NCBI GenBank assembly: GCA_903891085.1
Contig: CAITDJ010000113.1
Span: forward strand, 41,276-65,275
Source of the DNA: an uncultured Bacteroidota bacterium
GTDB lineage: Bacteria > Bacteroidota > Bacteroidia > Bacteroidales > F082
Direction: 5' to 3'
DNA: 24,000 nt
Shown: one piece after another, positions 1 to 8,794 of the stretch
How positions within the stretch are numbered: the first letter of the stretch is position 1
Layout of the letters: each line of letters starts with the position of its first letter
The notes under the pieces: model-generated
What the model was told of the DNA's origin: nothing
The model's database searches: none
Seen by the model: only the letters and a program-made list of their open reading frames with translations
Program-made: the position numbers and the translations under genes

Positions 1-1
1 T

Positions 2-541
2 CAGGTTTGGTTGGTCGAAAACCTGAAAACAACCAAATACCGCGATGGATCGGGCATTGCATTGGAGACGGACAATACTGCCTGGAGCACACTCACAACT
101 GCTGCTTACTGCGTTTACGACAACAATGCCACTTATGGTGGAACTTACGGGCATCTGTACAACTGGTTTGCCGTGCATGATAGCAGGAACATTTGTCCAA
201 GCGGATGGCATGTGCCCACGGATGCCGAATGGTCAACCCTTACTGCATTCCTTGGTGGTGAAAGTGTTGCAGGTGGTAAAATGAAAGAAACGGGTACAGT
301 ACACTGGATGAGCCCAAATACCGGAGCCACAGATGAGGTTGGCTTTAAAGCCTTACCCGCAGGTGAACGGAGAGCTACGGGACAGTATATCTACATTGGA
401 GAATACGGTTGCTGGTGGTCGTCCACTGAATACGATGCCCAGCAGGCATGGCTACGTTATATTGGAAATTCAGATATTGATGTAACCAATCAGTTATACA
501 ACAAAAACTATGGTTATTCGGTCCGATGCATTAAGGACTGA
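2..541 (+). CDS. Fibrobacter succinogenes major paralogous (FISUMP) domain protein, 5'-truncated by window edge
   Basis: The reading frame is open from nt 2 (QVWLVENLKTTKYRDGSGI...). It shows the typical FISUMP pattern: W-x-x-ENL-x-TTKY-x-DG, YNW, CPSGWHVPTDAEW, AGGKMKE, GF-x-ALPAG-R, GCWWSS and a C-terminal GYSVRCIKD. The TTG at nt 11 in the ORF track is probably internal. Confidence 0.8.
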   Translation, partial: QVWLVENLKTTKYRDGSGIALETDNTAWSTLTTAAYCVYDNNATYGGTYGHLYNWFAVHDSRNICPSGWHVPTDAEWSTLTAFLGGESVAGGKMKETGTVHWMSPNTGATDEVGFKALPAGERRATGQYIYIGEYGCWWSSTEYDAQQAWLRYIGNSDIDVTNQLYNKNYGYSVRCIKD

Positions 542-796
542 AACTTACTGAATTTGAAACGTTTATAGCATCAATATGACCCTTGTCCTATGCAAGACAT
601 TGCGTATCAATAGTATTGGAATTACCGAAGGTATCCCGGTCATATTGAACCAGCGTGCTTCCTGAGTTATATTTGCGCACCTAGAACGGTATAATTTAAC
701 AAGTTCATTGTAAATAAAACAATTCCTATTTCTTTCCTCCGGTTGCTTGATATTCCCTGTTTCATGCAAACATATGGTTGAATTTTAGGTCGCATT

Positions 797-832
797 AAAT
801 AAAAAAGGGTTATCACTTTCGTGTAACCCTTT
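797..832 (-). terminator. Rho-independent terminator downstream of tRNA-Asn (hairpin is usable from both directions)
   Basis: A perfect 9-bp stem pairs AAAGGGTTA (804-812) with TAACCCTTT (824-832) around an 11-nt loop. On the minus strand the stem runs into CCCTTTTTTATTT. On the plus strand it is followed by GATTTTTA. Confidence 0.55.
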
Positions 833-842
833 GATTTTTATG

Positions 843-916
843 CTCCCCCTGTTGGACTTGAACCAGCGACCCTCTGATTAACAGTCAGATGCTCTAACCA
901 ACTGAGCTAAGGAGGA
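843..916 (-). tRNA. tRNA-Asn (anticodon GTT), 74 nt, CCA not encoded
   Basis: The reverse complement folds as a cloverleaf: acceptor TCCTCCT/AGGGGGA (one G-U pair), D arm GCTC-AGTTGGTTA-GAGC, anticodon arm TCTGA-CTGTTAA-TCAGA, variable loop GGGTC, T arm GCTGG-TTCAAGT-CCAAC (one C-A mismatch at 50:64), discriminator G. Confidence 0.9.
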
Positions 917-936
917 ATATTTTACTATTGAGGGTG

Positions 937-967
937 CAAAATTACAAGATTTTCATTTCCGACCAAA
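937..967 (-). promoter_or_regulatory. Bacteroidota-type promoter for tRNA-Asn
   Basis: On the minus strand, TTTG (967-964) is followed by a 19-bp spacer and then TAATTTTG (944-937). This matches the -33 TTTG / -7 TAnnTTTG consensus and sits about 20 nt upstream of the mature tRNA 5' end at 916. Confidence 0.55.
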
Positions 968-1052
968 TATATTTTGAAAATTTTGCGTTTTTCCCTCATT
1001 TCAAGCACCTATATGTATGAATTTTAAAAATAGTTGAATTATTTTTATTGTA

Positions 1053-2165
1053 TTACTCTTTATTTTTCAGTATCTTATGAAAATAATCAGCGGCTAAAAC
1101 GGCACTAACTGGTAAACTTATAAGATAAACCACAGCAATAATCCAATTGTGAAAAAACAACCAGATAAGCATCGTTTGCAATACATAGATAATCGGTGAA
1201 ATCAGGATCATCCCGGCAAATTTGATGGAGGAAGTCCAATGTGCATCTTTAATGAATTTATTCATTATATATTTGATAATCAAATATATAATTAAATTAT
1301 TCACTGCGCCATACACAAATACCGGAAAACCGGCAATGGCTAATAGTAAGTTCAATAGTAGGTTCGCCTTCTTTGTCTTTTTAACAATTAACTTTTCTCC
1401 CTGAAGAAATAATTTATCACCCTGAAGTCGTTTCAACAAATCGTTTTCACGGCCAACGCGCGATTTAATGGCTGACTTAATTTTATCATGTCGCTCAATA
1501 TCGCTGATATTGATGATTAGCGATCCCAGATTCTGACAAACATCATTCAACAGTGCTGTGGTGGCCTTTATTGGATCGGATTGGTAGATTTCTTTGTAAT
1601 CTGCAACATGGATGGGTTCTCCAAAGTTGATCAGCAGATCAGATCTGAATTGGTTATGATTTTCATACTGCAACCCAACCGGTACAATCCTGAGTCCGTT
1701 TGAAAAACCGGAAGGAGATTCGAAGGCGAATGCCATGCGGGCCAGCCCTTTTTGTAATGGCCGCAGCGACCATCGGTAATCGTGGTTTCCTTCGGCAAAA
1801 ATGAGTATTGTTCCATCCTCGCTGAGGATTTTTAAACTTATTTCCATTGTTTCATCGTTCTTCTTCACATTCTGAAGTCCATCGCGAAACCGGTAAATAG
1901 GTATCATCTGCATCAGATTTAGCCAATAACGAGCTGTTGCACTGCCAAATACACTTGCCCGTGTGAGAAACCACGGATTGCGCGGTGAAACAACTGTTGT
2001 AACAATAGCATCCATGAAAGCATTCTGATGATTGGGAACAAAAATCAAAGGCCCATCCTTTGGAACGTGTTTCAGATTATTGATCTTCAGGCGACGAAAG
2101 TATAAAAGTGTTGCCAGATAAGCATATCGCTCAAGTAGGTAATAGAAAAGTCCGGGCTTCATCAT
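1053..2165 (-). CDS. Lysophospholipid / 1-acyl-sn-glycerol-3-phosphate acyltransferase family protein (PlsC-like) with C-terminal transmembrane extension
   Basis: 370-aa ORF. It has the acyltransferase block I HX4D (VPNHQNAFMDA) and block III-like FAEGNH. The C-terminal ~100 aa are strongly hydrophobic, forming 3 predicted TM segments. Confidence 0.8.
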   Translation of the reverse strand: MMKPGLFYYLLERYAYLATLLYFRRLKINNLKHVPKDGPLIFVPNHQNAFMDAIVTTVVSPRNPWFLTRASVFGSATARYWLNLMQMIPIYRFRDGLQNVKKNDETMEISLKILSEDGTILIFAEGNHDYRWSLRPLQKGLARMAFAFESPSGFSNGLRIVPVGLQYENHNQFRSDLLINFGEPIHVADYKEIYQSDPIKATTALLNDVCQNLGSLIINISDIERHDKIKSAIKSRVGRENDLLKRLQGDKLFLQGEKLIVKKTKKANLLLNLLLAIAGFPVFVYGAVNNLIIYLIIKYIMNKFIKDAHWTSSIKFAGMILISPIIYVLQTMLIWLFFHNWIIAVVYLISLPVSAVLAADYFHKILKNKE

Positions 2166-2252
2166 GCTTTATCAGTATGTTACAACAATATGCCTTATGC
2201 AAATAAACAATTTCCGGTAAAAGTAAAAAAATTGGAAAGGCGTTTGAATAAA

Positions 2253-5200
2253 TCAGTTTGTTTCCTTCATGTTAAGCATTCGGTCGATAAGTTCGAAAAA
2301 CTCAATCGTTTCAAAGGGCTTTGAAATATACTCATCACACCCGGCTTCGATACATATATTCCGGTGATCACTTCCTGCATAGGCAGTTACAGCGATAATA
2401 GGTAGATCTGGTTTAAATGCCTTTATCAGTTTTGTTGCTTCAATACCATCCATTACCGGCATTTTAATATCCATCAGAATTAAGGCTAGGTCTGGTTCGT
2501 TGTGGGCAATATCAACTGCTTCTTTGCCATTTTTGGCATATAATAATTCGTATTTCCTGTTTTTAAAAATCTGCTTTGTATAAAGAATATTCAACTCCTC
2601 GTCTTCAGCAAGTAATATTTTAGGTTTTATAGCACTTGGTAATTGCTGTTCGGCAGGTGGCTGACTAACAGGTATTTGTTGTTGTTTTGATCGTTTGGCA
2701 GGCAATTGAATAATAAAACGGGTACCTTCTCCTTTTTTTGTATTTACTATAATCGTACCTCCGATCAGGTCGACCAACCCGCGCACAAGGGTTAAACCCA
2801 GACCGCTGCCTTCATAAGCGCGCGTCGTCGAGGAATCCTGCTGCGTAAATGGTTCATAAATATCAGGAAGTGCTTCATCAGAAATCCCCAAACCTGTGTC
2901 TTCAACAAACAATTCAACATCTTCTCCCCTAAAATCATATCCAAAATAAATATGTCCGGACGAAGTGTATTTAAAGGCATTATCGATGAGTTCATTAAGG
3001 ATTTTCAGCACAAAACTTCGATCTGTTGAAACAATACTTGTGGATGAGTTGGCCGGGCTGAGAATTTTAAATTCCAACTGCTTGTCGATGGCAGTTTTCT
3101 CAAACTTTTTAAACAACTCATTTAAAACATCTTCTAACAGAAACTCATCTTTCATCAGCGACATATTACCGGTCATGAGCAGTGAAACATCCAGAATATC
3201 CGATATTGTGTTCATCAACCTGCCTACACTAATATTCATTGCATCTACATACTCCTGTTTATCTTCGAAAGGCATGTTTTCATCTGCGATAAATTGCGCA
3301 AACCCTACAATACCGTTCAATGGTGTCCGCACCTCGTGAGAGATGTTATTAAGAAATGCTGTTTTTAAACGACTGCTCGCTTCAGCCTTGCGTGTTGCAA
3401 AAGCAAGTTCAGTATTTTTCTGTTTTATTTCATCATTTTGTTGTTTTAACAGTTCGTTCAACTGCAGCAACTGCATATTTTGTTTTTCAAAAATCAGATT
3501 ACTTTGTTCCAGTTGTTTGTCTTTATTATTCTTAGTTTTCAGGTTAGTAATAAGTTCGGCAAATATTGCTAACATTGAAATCTCAGGATTTGAGAATTGC
3601 TTTTCACTTCGAACAGCATCAAATCCTACATAACCCAGACATTTTGAGCCGTCCATCAGTGGAATTGCGATGGATGATTGGGTATGTTGTGATTCAAGTA
3701 TCTGCTTAAGTGTATCATGTTTTAAGGCAGCTACAGAGGTTATATTGACAATTTTGCCCGTTTTAATCCGTTTCACCCAATCAACAAACTTTGTATTTGG
3801 AACATTCTGAAGCTTGTCGATTTCAGCACTTGTGCCAGGTGAGCACCATTCAAAAGTATTCGAACAAGTGTCATTTTCCCAATCAAAATCAAACACAAAA
3901 ACCCTGTCAACACTTGCAAAAACACCTATCTCAGCAATGGCGTTGTTTATTTCGGTATTTATATCACTAACACTCAGATTGATAAACCTGCCTGCCAGAT
4001 GTGTCAGAAGGGATAACATTTTTTGATTCCCCTGAAATTTATTTTCGAGTGTAACCAGATTTGTGATATTCTTCACCAAAGCCACAACAGCATTTTCATT
4101 CATAGGTGATAACCTGGCTTCAAAATGATCGGTCATACCATTACGGGTCAATTGATAGGTTATTAACTGCGTTTGTTGCTTGGTAAGGCAATTGTGAATG
4201 GCATTATACATCATTTCCTGCTGATATTCCTCGAAAATTGTTTTAATGGTGGCACCGGTCAACACTTTTGGATCAACCCAGGGATACAATTGTTCATTGA
4301 TGAAAAAGTCGAGATAAACACCGTTTTTGTCGATGATGAATATCATATCAGGCATCGATGACAATACCGCCTGCAATCGCGCGCTTGTTTCGATCAGCTT
4401 CGCTGCATCAATTTTTTGTCCGGTTATATCAATTAATACACCGACCGTTCCGATATGTTGCTGATTATCTGGTGAAAACAACGGACTTGCCGAAACCGAA
4501 AAAATCATTTTTTCGCCATTTTTATGAAGCATTTCGGCTTCATATATATCTGACATTCCAGGTCTGCGGGATGATGTTTTTTGACGATACAGCTCAAAAC
4601 TTTCGGATGATGAAAAATTTGACAACGATTTACCAATCATTTGCTCGCGCTCATAACCCAACATCTGCGCAAAAGTTTCATTCACAAAAACAAGATTCTC
4701 CTTATTATCCACAACACCAATTCCGGCATTCGCATTTTCGGCGACAGCACGATAACGTGATTCGCTTTCAATAAATGCCAGCTCATTGGTTTTCGATTCA
4801 GTAATATCCCGTGCCAGGGCAATGTACACATCTTCTGTTCCTGACAGGGTATAACTAATTGAAAGCTGGAACCACCTTATTCCACTGCCATTGTCAATAT
4901 TGTAAACACTTCCTAATGATTTTCCATTACTCTTCGCTTCTTTAAGTGCTGACATAACAACATTTGACACTTCAGCAGGCAAACATTCTTCCGGCTTTTT
5001 ACCAATGAAAAAAACTGCCGGAGCAACCAACTTCTCGTTTCCGGGTGAATAAAAATGTGTGATCCGAAATTGCCCGTCCATAACGAAAAGCAAATCAGGT
5101 ATGGCCGAGATAATATCTTTATATGGATTTATTCCTGCCATACTGCCCAATTCAATCTTTTCAACTTTACCCACCTGCATCAGATAGTTCAGTTTCCCAT

Positions 5201-5498
5201 CATGAAGATCGAAAAACTTATTACTAAAAACTACCTCTTGGACCGTTCCCTGTTTGCTTTTCAAACCAATCAATAAACGTTGTTGCTTCTCGGCCGATGC
5301 TGATAGATCACTTTTAAGGTTTGAGGCAGCAACTACTATCTTTGAGAAAGTAGTTCCATATAATTCTTGCTGCGAAAAGCCAAGAGAATTTAATGCTGAC
5401 TTGTTGCAATACACGATTTTGTCCACCTCATCGATAATAATTACGATTTGCGGTACTTCATCCAGTATTTCCTGCCAATGTAAATTATCAATATTCAT
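2253..5498 (-). CDS. Hybrid sensor histidine kinase / response regulator with multiple PAS domains and a GAF-like domain
   Basis: 1081-aa ORF. The N-terminal ~650 aa hold repeated PAS-like segments and a GAF-like segment. A coiled coil (QLLQLNELLKQQNDEIKQKNTEL) follows, then the H-box SHEVRTPLNGIVGF. HATPase_c N/G boxes are present (ELIDNAFKYT, EDTGLGI, GSGLGL). The C-terminal REC domain reads ILLAEDEELN...LILMDIKMPVMDG...AVTAYA. Confidence 0.9.
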   Translation of the reverse strand: MNIDNLHWQEILDEVPQIVIIIDEVDKIVYCNKSALNSLGFSQQELYGTTFSKIVVAASNLKSDLSASAEKQQRLLIGLKSKQGTVQEVVFSNKFFDLHDGKLNYLMQVGKVEKIELGSMAGINPYKDIISAIPDLLFVMDGQFRITHFYSPGNEKLVAPAVFFIGKKPEECLPAEVSNVVMSALKEAKSNGKSLGSVYNIDNGSGIRWFQLSISYTLSGTEDVYIALARDITESKTNELAFIESESRYRAVAENANAGIGVVDNKENLVFVNETFAQMLGYEREQMIGKSLSNFSSSESFELYRQKTSSRRPGMSDIYEAEMLHKNGEKMIFSVSASPLFSPDNQQHIGTVGVLIDITGQKIDAAKLIETSARLQAVLSSMPDMIFIIDKNGVYLDFFINEQLYPWVDPKVLTGATIKTIFEEYQQEMMYNAIHNCLTKQQTQLITYQLTRNGMTDHFEARLSPMNENAVVALVKNITNLVTLENKFQGNQKMLSLLTHLAGRFINLSVSDINTEINNAIAEIGVFASVDRVFVFDFDWENDTCSNTFEWCSPGTSAEIDKLQNVPNTKFVDWVKRIKTGKIVNITSVAALKHDTLKQILESQHTQSSIAIPLMDGSKCLGYVGFDAVRSEKQFSNPEISMLAIFAELITNLKTKNNKDKQLEQSNLIFEKQNMQLLQLNELLKQQNDEIKQKNTELAFATRKAEASSRLKTAFLNNISHEVRTPLNGIVGFAQFIADENMPFEDKQEYVDAMNISVGRLMNTISDILDVSLLMTGNMSLMKDEFLLEDVLNELFKKFEKTAIDKQLEFKILSPANSSTSIVSTDRSFVLKILNELIDNAFKYTSSGHIYFGYDFRGEDVELFVEDTGLGISDEALPDIYEPFTQQDSSTTRAYEGSGLGLTLVRGLVDLIGGTIIVNTKKGEGTRFIIQLPAKRSKQQQIPVSQPPAEQQLPSAIKPKILLAEDEELNILYTKQIFKNRKYELLYAKNGKEAVDIAHNEPDLALILMDIKMPVMDGIEATKLIKAFKPDLPIIAVTAYAGSDHRNICIEAGCDEYISKPFETIEFFELIDRMLNMKETN

Positions 5499-6110
5499 TA
5501 AGGCAAAAGCAAGTGTTTTTTACATTGATTCGGTTCGAACAAAAATACTCCCGGCCATAAAACTCAATTACGAGCCTATTTTGGCATGTTCTTGGTAAAG
5601 GTACCAAATTATTGAAAAAAGATCAAAAAAAAATTTACTGCCTGACCCATAAAAAATGCAGATTATGTTATTGTCAAATAAATAGTTCGCAAAAACATAT
5701 TGCTGTAAAACGAATATTTTGAGAAATCAGGTGAAATTGCTGCCGGCTTTTTTTACCCTTGTACACATAAAAACTCACTGATTGATGATACATATACTTT
5801 TACTTGTTCATAAAACCGTCTGTTATACAACGAAAACGGCAATAAATTTGGTTACAGTTCAAAATAGTTACTGAATTATCTGGTAAAAAGTAAGGCCGGA
5901 TATTGCGATGTTGGCTTCAATAAAATACATGGGTTTTTTACTGATAAAATTGGATTATGTTTGCAAGCTGAATTATAATACCGGATCATCAGGTGGGCGA
6001 TTCAGCTGGGTTGAGCCCGGCAGCTGGACATCAGCGGATTAACCTTTTTTGCCTAACTTTCTATTTGGAATTGAGGCAGGATTTTTTTAGAATTACTAAA
6101 TAAACATACA

Positions 6111-6752
6111 ATGAAGAAAATTTTTACTATCGCACTGATCATCATTGGGTTGGCTTCATGCGAGCCATCTCAAAAAGTTACAGGAACCTGGAAAAACCCT
6201 GATTTTCAACCCAAAGCCAACTATAAGAAAATTCTTATCATGGCAATGACTGAAAAACAAACCACAAAAGCTTATGTTGAAAACATTCTTACTGATTATC
6301 TCAAATCGAAAAATTATGAGATCATCCGTAGTGCAGATGTATTCCCTCCAGCCTTTCTTAAAGCCGATATCGGGAAAGAATTACTTGTGGCAGAAATAAA
6401 AAAAATGAATATTGATGCGGTGCTGACGGTTGCTGTTATGCACGAAAAAACCACCGAACACTATGTTCCTGGCACAAGTGCTTACGCTCCATATCCCTTT
6501 TATAGTTATTACGGTTCATATTATGGGTATTATTCATATCGCTACCCAACTGTTTACGAACCAGGATATTATTCAACTGAAAAAACTTATTTTCTTGAAA
6601 CAAATTTGTATGATGTCGATACCGAAACACTGATTTGGTCGATGCAATCGCAAAGCTACAGTCCAGCAAACCTCGAGTCCTTTGCCAAAGGGTATGCAGC
6701 ACTCGTTGCATATCAGCTTAAAAAAGACGGGATAAAAAAACAAAAACCATAA
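6111..6752 (+). CDS. Lipoprotein of unknown function (possibly DUF4136-like) with Tyr-rich low-complexity segment
   Basis: 213-aa ORF with an ATG start. The signal peptide has a lipobox (IIGLASC). A central stretch has 16 Tyr in 43 residues. A hairpin terminator follows the gene. The DUF4136 assignment is from recollection only. Confidence 0.7.
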   Translation: MKKIFTIALIIIGLASCEPSQKVTGTWKNPDFQPKANYKKILIMAMTEKQTTKAYVENILTDYLKSKNYEIIRSADVFPPAFLKADIGKELLVAEIKKMNIDAVLTVAVMHEKTTEHYVPGTSAYAPYPFYSYYGSYYGYYSYRYPTVYEPGYYSTEKTYFLETNLYDVDTETLIWSMQSQSYSPANLESFAKGYAALVAYQLKKDGIKKQKP

Positions 6753-6768
6753 ACATAATGATGTTGAG

Positions 6769-6810
6769 AAAGCATGATGAAGCCTTGGTTTTATCATGCT
6801 TTTATATTTA
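6769..6810 (+). terminator. Rho-independent terminator of the 6111-6752 lipoprotein gene
   Basis: A 10-bp stem pairs AAAGCATGAT (6769-6778) with ATCATGCTTT (6793-6802) around a 14-nt loop. It is followed by T-rich TTATATTTATAT. Confidence 0.6.
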
Positions 6811-6894
6811 TATACTATTGAATATCAGGTTTTAAACCTAATTCAAATAAATTGCTACACTTGATCTAACTTCATAATTTTTTGACTTATACCC

Positions 6895-7536
6895 ATGTCC
6901 GAACAAGTAAAAACTTACTCCCCAAAGGAAGAAAGACTTAATGTTGGGAGTCATTTTGCAGGATTGTTGCTGAGTATTATTGCTGCTGTGGCGCTGATAA
7001 TAAAAGGTATCAATACAGGATCTGTTTTATCAAATGTAAGTTACGCGATTTATGGCGCAAGCAATATATTGTTGTATTTGGCTTCTACCTTGTATCACGC
7101 CGAATCAATTCCTGAAAAACGTAAAAAGCTGAAGGTTTTTGACCATGCGGCTATTTATTTTTTAATTGCCGGAACTTACACACCCTTTTCTTTACTCGTT
7201 TTAAAAGGTGCATGGGGCTGGTCAGTGTTTGGCGTGGTGTGGGGAATTGCATTGGCCGGAATTACGTTGAAGCTTTTTTTCACCGGTCGCTATAGCCTGC
7301 TCTCAACCATCAGTTATATTTTAATGGGCTGGGTAGTTGTTATTGCGATTAAACCACTCATGGCAAGTTTCCCCACAGAAGGATTACTATTATTACTGGG
7401 AGGCGGTCTGTTTTATACCTTTGGAGCAGTTCTGTATTCAATAAAACGAATTCCATATAACCACGCCATCTTTCATTTCTGTGTATTGTTTGGTAGTCTC
7501 ACACATTATTTGGCAATTTACCTCTATACAAACTGA
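6895..7536 (+). CDS. trhA: Hemolysin III / PAQR family channel protein
   Basis: 213 aa with 7 predicted TM segments. Family motifs are present: N-x-x-SH (NVGSHFAG), STLYH, DHAAIYFLIAGTYTPF and the C-terminal HFCVLFGSLTHY. Confidence 0.9.
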   Translation: MSEQVKTYSPKEERLNVGSHFAGLLLSIIAAVALIIKGINTGSVLSNVSYAIYGASNILLYLASTLYHAESIPEKRKKLKVFDHAAIYFLIAGTYTPFSLLVLKGAWGWSVFGVVWGIALAGITLKLFFTGRYSLLSTISYILMGWVVVIAIKPLMASFPTEGLLLLLGGGLFYTFGAVLYSIKRIPYNHAIFHFCVLFGSLTHYLAIYLYTN

Positions 7537-7625
7537 AACATTCGTAAAAAGAACGCATTTACATAGAAACAAAAAGCATGACTGGTATTAATTCCAAATC
7601 ATGCCTTTCCGTAAAATCATGAAAG

Positions 7626-7967
7626 CTATTTGTTTTCCGATTTTTCCCTTTTATCAATCACAAAGTTCAGTACAAGTGCGATCCCGGCAAAAAGAAAAAT
7701 CATTGCTGGATAAGCCACCTGTTCCTCAATGACTGTAACGTTTACCAAAATATTGGCCAACAAAATTCCAACACCCACACCAATAAATAACATGCCGAAT
7801 TTCAGTCCACTGTAGAATGGCTTTGGGTTTTGGGCATAGAAGATGGATGTGTCGAGGCCTTTTTCCATCATTGTAAGACGTTCGCTGCGGCGGATAAATA
7901 AATGAAAGATGCCATAAATTGTCGAAAAGACGATGGCAGGGATGAGGATTTCTTGTAATGTGTCCAT
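7626..7967 (-). CDS. Small integral membrane protein of unknown function (DUF6249-like)
   Basis: 113-aa ORF with an ATG start and three hydrophobic segments separated by a short polar region (RRSERLTMMEKGLD). The family name is from recollection and unverified. Confidence 0.6.
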   Translation of the reverse strand: MDTLQEILIPAIVFSTIYGIFHLFIRRSERLTMMEKGLDTSIFYAQNPKPFYSGLKFGMLFIGVGVGILLANILVNVTVIEEQVAYPAMIFLFAGIALVLNFVIDKREKSENK

Positions 7968-8185
7968 TTTTTTAAAGTTTTAAGGGTTAATTCACAGCTT
8001 TTGACGCAAGGGTCTTCTGTTGGTTACAAATTGATTGGAAAAAAACACTAAAGCACAACGCAGAGGTTCTGAAATCTTTAATTATCATGTTGGATTAAGC
8101 AGGTCCAAAATGTAAAAACCCTTCGCTTGCCTTGATGCTATTAACGACAATAATAGTTTTTTATCAGCGTTTAAAAACTTTGCCT

Positions 8186-8193
8186 TATTTTTG
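8186..8193 (+). promoter_or_regulatory. Candidate -7 promoter box for the NlpC/P60 gene
   Basis: TATTTTTG matches TAnnTTTG and lies 23 nt upstream of the ATG at 8216. I saw no good -33 TTTG at the expected spacing. Confidence 0.35.
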
Positions 8194-8215
8194 ACGCCCT
8201 AATTCATTAAAGCCT

Positions 8216-8794
8216 ATGAAGTATATCTGGTTAATCATCGTGTTGATTCTACCGCTGTTTGGCATCAGCCAACATGCTGTACCATTAAACGATTCAACGG
8301 ATATACTTTATACTTTAAACGCCGTCAGATCAAACCCATTGGCTGATAATTTGAATGACTCCTCCTATTTATTTATATCAGGGCAATGTATTGAAATTGA
8401 CAGTTTGATCGGCTTTTCAAAAAAATTCATCGGCACACCATACCGCTATGGCGGACGCAGTCCGAAAGGTTTTGATTGTTCGGGTTTTGTTGGTTACGTG
8501 TTCAAGCAATTCGGCGTTACGTTGCCACCGTCCAGCCGGACGCAAGCATTGATTGGAGAAAAGGTCGCCCGTGATTCAATCCAAAAAGGTGATTTGGTGT
8601 TTTTTAAAGGACGTAGTTCGAAAAGCAACAGTATCGGTCATGTTGCGCTGGTGGTTGCCGTTTCCGACACCAATGATATTCAATTTATCCATAGCACACG
8701 TCACGGATTGCGCCTCGATTGGCTTTCAGAAGAACCTTATTATAAAAAAAGGTTTATGGCATCACGCAGATTGGTGTCAGAATTACCTAAGTAG
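8216..8794 (+). CDS. C40 family (NlpC/P60) cell-wall peptidase
   Basis: 192 aa with a signal peptide. The catalytic Cys motif is YRYGGRSPKGFDCSGFVGYVF. The His motif is GHVALV, followed by FIHS. Confidence 0.9.
   Translation: MKYIWLIIVLILPLFGISQHAVPLNDSTDILYTLNAVRSNPLADNLNDSSYLFISGQCIEIDSLIGFSKKFIGTPYRYGGRSPKGFDCSGFVGYVFKQFGVTLPPSSRTQALIGEKVARDSIQKGDLVFFKGRSSKSNSIGHVALVVAVSDTNDIQFIHSTRHGLRLDWLSEEPYYKKRFMASRRLVSELPK

Noticed and set aside
563-769. 68-aa minus-strand ORF between the FISUMP gene and tRNA-Asn
   Set aside because: It starts at a TTG, has no recognisable motif, has an odd composition and lies across the tRNA terminator region. There is not enough support to call it a gene.
2792-5598. 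Multiple 60-140-aa plus- and minus-strand ORFs overlapping the histidine-kinase gene (for example 2965-3339, 3343-3633, 4358-4774, 5254-5598)
   Set aside because: All lie within or antisense to the 1081-aa kinase ORF. They have low-complexity Ser/Phe/Leu/Ile/Asn-rich composition typical of the complement of an AT-rich gene, and no motifs.
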